Of a stretch of DNA of 64,000 nucleotides, positions 58,472-64,000 are shown one piece after another. The stretch lies in assembly GCA_965204735.1 (NCBI GenBank), contig OZ242008.1, positions 3,104,001-3,168,000 on the forward strand, given 5' to 3'. Under the pieces are notes generated by a model, which had not been told where the DNA came from, searched no databases, and was given only the letters and a program-made list of their open reading frames with translations. Position numbers and translations under genes: made by a program. The first letter of the stretch is position 1, and every line of letters begins with the position of its first letter. The DNA is from Longimicrobiales bacterium (GTDB lineage Bacteria; Gemmatimonadota; Gemmatimonadetes; Longimicrobiales; Gaopeijiaceae).

Positions 58472-58971
58472 AGCGCCAAGCTCTTCTACGGCGACAAGCG
58501 GATGGTCGCCGAGTTCCTGGCCAAGCACGTCTTCGGCAAGATCATCCCCGCCGACGTCGCCGCCCACATCGACCTCGACGGGCTCCAGCCGGGGCCGACC
58601 GAGCACGTCGACCCCAAGCTGCGCACCTTGCGCCACGCCGATCTCGTTTGGCGGGCGCCGTTTCGCGACTCTTGGCCGTGGACGGCACCGACGCGGCTCG
58701 AAGACCTGCTGGCGGACGAGGCGAAGGCGTCCCTGCCTTCGCGCTGGGCCACCAGTCGGTGCTGGTGTCGGAGTCGGGGGAAGCGGAGGAGCTGGAGCAT
58801 GTAACAACGGCGCGCGAGGCGGCACTGAAGTTGCGCTACGCGGCGGATGGCGCCGGAGGAGGTCGTGGCGCAACTGGAGCACTTGGACGACCTGGCGGGT
58901 CCGGTCGTCGAGACGTGGTGAGCGAAGGAGCGACGGGAGATACTCCGCAAGGGGCAGGAAGAGGGCCGCCA
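58385..58971 (+). pseudogene. Rpn/YhgA-like nuclease type A, internally deleted
   Basis: DKSAKLFY, IDLDGL...TEHVD...RHADLVWR then jumps to PWTAP (EFQS region absent); frameshift; further deletions relative to 62876-63515; TGG>TGA stop at 58919. Confidence 0.8.
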
Positions 58972-58972
58972 A

Positions 58973-59205
58973 GCACGATCTTGCCGAAGTTCAAGTTGGC
59001 TTCCATGCGCTCGTGGCAGTCTGCTGCTTGGTCCGCCGGGAAGACGCGACCGCCGTTTGGTTCCGCGCCAAGTACGGTCCATCCCGTGGGCGCCGCCACG
59101 GCCACGGTCTCGTGGACGACCACCTTCTCCGCATACCCCCCTCCGCCTGGAGACGACCCGCAGGACTTCCGGCCCTCCGAAATCGGAGATGACGACAGCG
59201 CGCAT
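58973..59205 (-). pseudogene. Multiply deleted copy of the quinone oxidoreductase gene
   Basis: Four collinear blocks match about 60562-60637, 60845-60877, 61188-61256 and 61466-61526. Confidence 0.9.
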
Positions 59206-59454
59206 GGTGCGAACGATGGGGGCGTTGGGCGACGATCGCAGCGAGGGCAGCCAGCTGCTGGAGAACCGGAGTTCCTGCGGTCAGCGTGCACTGGAGCCTC
59301 CGCATTCGGGCGTGCAAGCGAAATAGGCCGATCCAGCTATCCAAACGCCCATTTCCCGGGTGCATACTGCTTCTGGACCGGCCATTCCCCGGCCCCGGAG
59401 CGCCCTCCCCCGGCCTCCGCGAACCCGCGAACCCCGCGCTCAAGGAGGCCCCCG

Positions 59455-60477
59455 TTGCCCGACTCCCCCATCCACAACCTCCGCTCCCCGCGCCGCAAGC
59501 ACGACGAAGTCTACAAGTTCTTCTTCTCCCAGACCCCCACCATCGCCGAAGTCCTCGAAGACTACGTCGCCCCCGACTGCGTCGACCAACTCGACCTCGC
59601 CACGCCGCGCAAGCTCACGCCCGAGCGCGTCGGCTCCCAGCTCGCCCGCCGACAGGCCGACATGCTCTGGCGCATCGACTTCCGCCACCAGCCCGGCTTC
59701 ATGGTCCTGCTCCTCGAATTCCAGTCCCGGATCGACCCATCCATGGGCGCCCGCATCCTGGGCTACGTGGCCGACACCTACGAGGACCTGATCCGCGAGA
59801 AGCAGCCCGGCGGCGACCCCCGCCTGCCCCCCGTCGTCGCCTGCGTCGTCTACAACGGCCGCCGCCGGTGGCACGCGCCCCTCGACATGGCCGAGCTGAT
59901 CTCGCCTACGCTGGCGCAGCTCCGGGACCGCTCGGTCCAGTTGCCCTACCAGGTGCTTGACATGCGGGCGCCGCCCAGGCGAAGCTTGCGGAAGCGGCGC
60001 ATCCTGACTTGGTTGCGGGAACTCGAGCGGGAAGGCGGCACGGTGGAGAAGGTCCGAGCCGTGCTGGGCGAGGTGTTGGAGGCGTACCCGGGTCCCGAGC
60101 ACGCTCGGGTCGCCGAGGCGTTCAAGCTGTGGACGGTGGGCGCGGCCCGAAGGTGGGGCGGCTCGAAAGAGGAACTGTCGAAGATCACCACTTTGTCGGA
60201 GGCGAGAGAGATGTACACGCTGATCGAAGAAGAGATGGCAAGGTTGCGGGACGAAGGCCGCCGGAGGGGCCGCCGGGAGGGCCGCCGGGAGGGCCGCCAG
60301 GAGGGATCCAGGACCCTCTTGGAGCACCTGGTGGCCAAGAAGTTCGGCGCGGCCGCGGCCGTGCAGCTGTCGGGCCTGATCGGTGGCCTGGACGGACGCG
60401 ACGAGCTGGACGCGGCGGCGGATGCCGTCATCGAGTGCGACTCGATCGCGGAGCTGCTGGCCCGACTCGCGAACTAG
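59455..60477 (+). CDS. Rpn/YhgA-like recombination-promoting nuclease (type B), apparently intact
   Basis: AAGGAGG RBS then TTG; HDEVYKFFF, RQADMLWRI, LLEFQSRID..M..RI..Y, LPPVV..VVYNG..RW.AP, EGRREG repeats and a helical tail. Confidence 0.88.
   Translation: MPDSPIHNLRSPRRKHDEVYKFFFSQTPTIAEVLEDYVAPDCVDQLDLATPRKLTPERVGSQLARRQADMLWRIDFRHQPGFMVLLLEFQSRIDPSMGARILGYVADTYEDLIREKQPGGDPRLPPVVACVVYNGRRRWHAPLDMAELISPTLAQLRDRSVQLPYQVLDMRAPPRRSLRKRRILTWLRELEREGGTVEKVRAVLGEVLEAYPGPEHARVAEAFKLWTVGAARRWGGSKEELSKITTLSEAREMYTLIEEEMARLRDEGRRRGRREGRREGRQEGSRTLLEHLVAKKFGAAAAVQLSGLIGGLDGRDELDAAADAVIECDSIAELLARLAN
60211..60477 (+). CDS. Candidate in-frame small C-terminal protein (RpnS-like antitoxin), 88 aa
   Basis: Internal GGAGG (60198-60202), 8-nt spacer, then ATG: MYTLIEEEMARLRDEGRR... 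Confidence 0.55.
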   Translation: MYTLIEEEMARLRDEGRRRGRREGRREGRQEGSRTLLEHLVAKKFGAAAAVQLSGLIGGLDGRDELDAAADAVIECDSIAELLARLAN

Positions 60478-61526
60478 CGAGCCGCGGCACCTCGCGACGG
60501 CGACCGTCGGGACGGCGTTTGATTTCCTGCCCCGAGTGGGCGCTGGGGCGTCCCCCACTCCAGCACGATCTTGCCGAAGTTCAAGTTGGCTTCCATGCGC
60601 TCGTGGGAGTCTGCTGCTTGGTCCGCCGGGAAGACGCCGTCCACGACGGGCGCGAGCGAGCCGTCGGCGAAGCCGGGCAGGACGCACCGCTCGAAGTCGC
60701 GGGCGAGAGCGGCCTTCTCCGCCACCGGACGCGCCCGGAGCACCGTGCCCAGCAGCCGGGCCCGGCGAACCATGAGTGCCCGCAGGTCGATTCCGCCGCG
60801 AGCCCCTCCGGGCACCCCCACCACGACATGTCGGCCTCCGGTGGCGACCACCGCTTGGTTCCGCGCCAAGTACGGTCCTCCCACCAGGTCCAGGATCACG
60901 TCCGCGCCTCGCGCGTCCGTCGCCTCCTTGACGGCTTGGTGCCACTCGCCGTCCCCGTGCAACGCCAGGTCGAGCCCCATCTTGACCGCCTTGTCCAGCT
61001 TGGCCTGCGTGCGCGACGTGCCGATCACGCGAACTCCGGCCCGTCGCGCCAGCTGAAGCGCGGCGGTCCCGACGCCGCTGCCCACGGCGTGGATCAGCAA
61101 CGTCTCGCCCGGCGTCAGTCCCGCTTGGCGAAACACGGCGTCGTACGCGGTCATGTAGACCTCCGGGATCGCCCCGGCCCGCAGCGCGTCCATCCCCGTG
61201 GGCGCCGCCACGGCCACGGTCTCGTGGACGACCACCTTCTCCGCATACCCCCCTCCCGCCACGATCCCCATGACGTGCTGGCCGAGCCGCCACCGGGCCG
61301 CACCTGGGCCGAGCGCGTGAACCGTCCCGGCAAACTCCAGCCCCGGCACCTCCGACTCGCCGGGCGGAGCCGGGTAGAGCCCCCGTCGCTGGAGCAGGTC
61401 CGCCCGGTTGACTCCCGACGCCGCCACGCGCACCACGATCTCGCCGGCGCCCGGCACGGGATCGGGCCTGGAGGCGACCCGCAGGACTTCCGGCCCTCCG
61501 AAGTCGGAGATGACGACAGCGCGCAT
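60474..61526 (-). CDS. NAD(P)H:quinone oxidoreductase (PIG3/Qor-like MDR family)
   Basis: GGPEVL, GVNRADLLQRRGLY, PGLEFAG, HAVGSGVGTAALQ, FGKIVL. Confidence 0.9.
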   Translation of the reverse strand: MRAVVISDFGGPEVLRVASRPDPVPGAGEIVVRVAASGVNRADLLQRRGLYPAPPGESEVPGLEFAGTVHALGPGAARWRLGQHVMGIVAGGGYAEKVVVHETVAVAAPTGMDALRAGAIPEVYMTAYDAVFRQAGLTPGETLLIHAVGSGVGTAALQLARRAGVRVIGTSRTQAKLDKAVKMGLDLALHGDGEWHQAVKEATDARGADVILDLVGGPYLARNQAVVATGGRHVVVGVPGGARGGIDLRALMVRRARLLGTVLRARPVAEKAALARDFERCVLPGFADGSLAPVVDGVFPADQAADSHERMEANLNFGKIVLEWGTPQRPLGAGNQTPSRRSPSRGAAAR

Positions 61527-61871
61527 GGTGCGAACGATGGGGCGAAAGGGAAGGGTCCGCCACCGAAGCGGCGGCGCGGGCTCCTTGGGGTCCGGAGGGG
61601 GCGGGCGACGATCGCAGCGAGGGCGGTCGGCTGCTGGGGAACCGGAGTTCCTGCGGGCGTGCACTGGAGCTTCCGCATTCAGGCGTGCATGGCAAGTTGG
61701 GCGACGACGAAGGGAAGTAGCAGCCCGTGGTCCGCTTCGAGGCCGAGCGGGGCCGGCCAGAAGCAAGCGAAATAGGCCGATCCAGCTATCCAAACGCCCA
61801 TTTCCCGGGTGCATACTGCTTCTGGATCGGCCATTCCCCGGCCCCGGAGCGCCCTCCCCCGGCCTCCGCCG

Positions 61872-62560
61872 CTACGTCGCCGACACCTACGAGGACCTGA
61901 TCCGAGAAGCAACCCGGCGGCCACCACCGCCTGCCCCCCGTCGTCGCCTGCGTCGTCCACAACGGCCCCACCGGTGGCACGCCCCCCTCGACATCGCCCA
62001 CCTGATCTCGCCTACGCTGCCCCAGCTCCAGGACCGCTCGGTCCGGCCGCCGTACCATGTGTTTGACATGCGGGCGCGGCCCAGGCGAAGCTTGCGGAAG
62101 CGGCGCATCCTGACCTGGTTGCGGGAACTCGAGCGGGAAGGCGGCACGGTGGAGAAGGTCTGGGCCGTGCTGGACGAGGTGTTGGAGGCGTACCCGGGTC
62201 CCGAGCACGCTCGGATCCCGGAGGCGTTCGCGCTGTGGACGGTGGGCGCGGCCCGAAGGTGGGGGGCTCGAAAGAAGAACTGTCGAAGATCACCACTTTG
62301 TCGGAGGCGAGAGAGATGTACACGCTGATCGAAGAAGAGGTGGCAAGGTTGCGGGACGAAGGCCGCCGGAGGGGCCGCCGGGAGGGCCATCGGGAGGGAT
62401 CCAGAACCGCCTGGTGGCCAAGAAGTTCGGCGCGGACGCGGCTGGGCAGTTGTCGGGCCTGATCGATGGCCTGGACGGACGCGACGAGCTGGACGCGGCG
62501 GCGGACGCCGTCATCGAGTGCGACACGGTCGCGGAGCTGCTGGCCCGACTCGCGAACTAG
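61872..62560 (+). pseudogene. Rpn type B copy 2, 5'-deleted and frameshifted
   Basis: Leader joins directly to sequence matching about 59762 onward (about 340 bp with RBS, start and catalytic motifs lost); several indels. Confidence 0.88.
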
Positions 62561-62607
62561 CGAGCCGCGGCACCTCGCGACGGCGGGGGTTGGGCTACCG
62601 CGCCGGT

Positions 62608-62875
62608 GCTCGGTCCAGTTGCCGTACCATGTGCTTGACATGCGGGCCGCGCCCAGGCGAAACTTGCGGAAGCGGCGCATCCTGACTTGGTTGCGGGAAC
62701 TCGAGATCACCACTTTGTCGGAGGCGAGAGAGATGTACACGCTGATCGAAGAAGAGATGGCAAGGTTGCGGGACGAAGGCCACCGGAGGGGCCGCCGGGA
62801 GGGATCCAGGACCCTCTTGGAGCGCCAAGTGGCCAAGAAGTTCAGCGCGGACGCGGCTGGCCAGCTGTCGGGCCT
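62608..62875 (+). pseudogene. Rpn type B copy 3 fragment
   Basis: Matches about 59930-60028 joined to about 60184-60376; fused to type A sequence at about 62876. Confidence 0.85.
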
Positions 62876-63515
62876 GACGCGGCTGGAAGACCTGCTGGCG
62901 GACGAGGCGAAGGCGTTCCTGCCCTTCGCGCTGGGCCACTAGTCGGTGCTGGTGTCGGAGGCGGGGGAAGCGAAGGAGCTGAAGCGCGGGGCGACAGCGT
63001 ACGGGGTGCCGCTTTGGACAGCGCGCGAGGCGTCGCTGAAGTTGCGCTACCCGGCAGATGGCGCCGAGTTTCGGGAGGCGGTTGCGGTGCTGAGGTCGCT
63101 GCTCCCTCCCGACAGCGTGGCAAGGGAGGCGTTGCTGGCGTGGGTACGCTGGTCGATGCTCGAGGAAGGAGCAAAGGAGGAGGTCGTGGCGCAACTGGAG
63201 CACCTGGACGACCTGGCAGGTCCGATCGTCGAGACTTGGTGGGCGAAGGAGCGGCGGGAGACGCTCCGCAGGGGGTATGAAGAGGGCCGGCGGGAAGGCC
63301 ATCGAGAGGGCCGTCAGGAAGGCCGTCGAGAGGGCCATCGGGAAGCGAGGTACCGGCTGGAGTGCCAAGTGGCCAAGAAGTTCGGCGTGGACGCGGCCGT
63401 GCAGCTGTTGGGCCTGATCGGTGGCCTGGACGGACGTGACGAGCTGGACGCGGCGGCGGACGCCGTCATCGAGTGCGACACGGTCGCGGAGTTGCGGACC
63501 CGACTCGCGAACTAG
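62876..63515 (+). pseudogene. Rpn type A C-terminal part (open from 62946; candidate internal GTG start at 63186)
   Basis: TRLEDLLADEAK... matches type A copy 1; CAG>TAG at 62940; ends in the same tail as type B; GGAGGAGG precedes the in-frame GTG at 63186. Confidence 0.8.
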
Positions 63516-63912
63516 CCAGCCGCGGCACCTCGCGACGGCGGGGGCTGGGCTCGCCGACTGCGCGAGCGGCGAGGAACTTCTGGTGCACGCGGCGAGGGGC
63601 GGAACGCCGGAGACGGGCCCGGCCCCCAGCCCACCGAGCCGTAGGCGGCCGCCGCGCCTTGGGCAGCGGCGCCCCTCGCTAACCTCGCGGCGGCCACTTC
63701 CCGCGATCTTGGCCAGTCTGCCCGCGGAAGCCGATCGCGTCCCATTCGGACATTCGGGAGTCCCATTCCGCCATTTGAGCACTGGGCTCGCAGTGCGACA
63801 GTTCTAGGGACGCGACCCGTCAGCTCCCTCCGCAGCCAGCCGTGGGCCTTGCCGCCACCGCTGCCGGCCGAGAGGCGCTCGTTCCCGAACCACGCTTCCT
63901 CCGAGCAACGTC

Positions 63913-64000
63913 ATGGCAACCGGCAACCATCGAGGCCGCACTCCCGACCGCGAGCCGAGCGGTCCTCCCAACCCGGCAATCCGCGAGCCGCACGACAAGA
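63913..64000 (+). CDS. 5' end of another Rpn type A gene (runs off the window)
   Basis: MATGNHRGRTPDREPSGPPNPAIREPHDK, paralogous to 58385 and carrying the canonical HD motif. Confidence 0.75.
   Translation, partial: MATGNHRGRTPDREPSGPPNPAIREPHDK

Noticed and set aside
59455..60477. C-rich 5' half versus G-rich 3' half of rpn as evidence of chimerism
   Set aside because: A similar 5' C-rich trend is visible in other genes here (e.g. near 25900 and 28400), so it is not diagnostic.
58219..64000. Possible diversity-generating retroelement or shufflon
   Set aside because: No reverse transcriptase or site-specific recombinase in the window; copies differ by deletions and mixed substitutions rather than adenine-specific changes, and all are direct repeats.

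Overview
High-GC bacterial chromosomal window. The gene style (small plug-domain lipoproteins, LVIVD/YncE/PQQ secreted proteins, tandem GT-C genes) suggests Gemmatimonadota; this is inference. Most of it is housekeeping and metabolism: queD, a probable 6S RNA, fumC, trxB, mlaEFD, rho, thyX, 2-oxoacid:ferredoxin oxidoreductase, a probable oxalyl-CoA synthetase/PanE pair, and btuB with a cobalamin riboswitch. Accessory content: (i) an ISNCY/IS1202-like terminus at the left edge; (ii) four translationally coupled GT-C (PMT_2/ArnT-like) glycosyltransferase paralogs; (iii) defence-type genes set directly against core genes (HEPN-MNT on thyX, an AAA-PD-(D/E)XK gene after a multicopper oxidase, a type IIG-like R-M enzyme on an NRAMP gene); and (iv) the most striking region, 58.2-64 kb. 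That region is a mosaic array of two types of Rpn/YhgA-like nuclease genes with one intact copy carrying an internal RBS+ATG (candidate intragenic antitoxin). Several other copies have lost the catalytic core, the two types share a near-identical C-terminal module, and a quinone oxidoreductase passenger is present both intact and as a copy condensed by multiple microhomology deletions. Short 21-bp tandem duplications recur across the window. All calls come from reading the sequence by eye; no searches were run.
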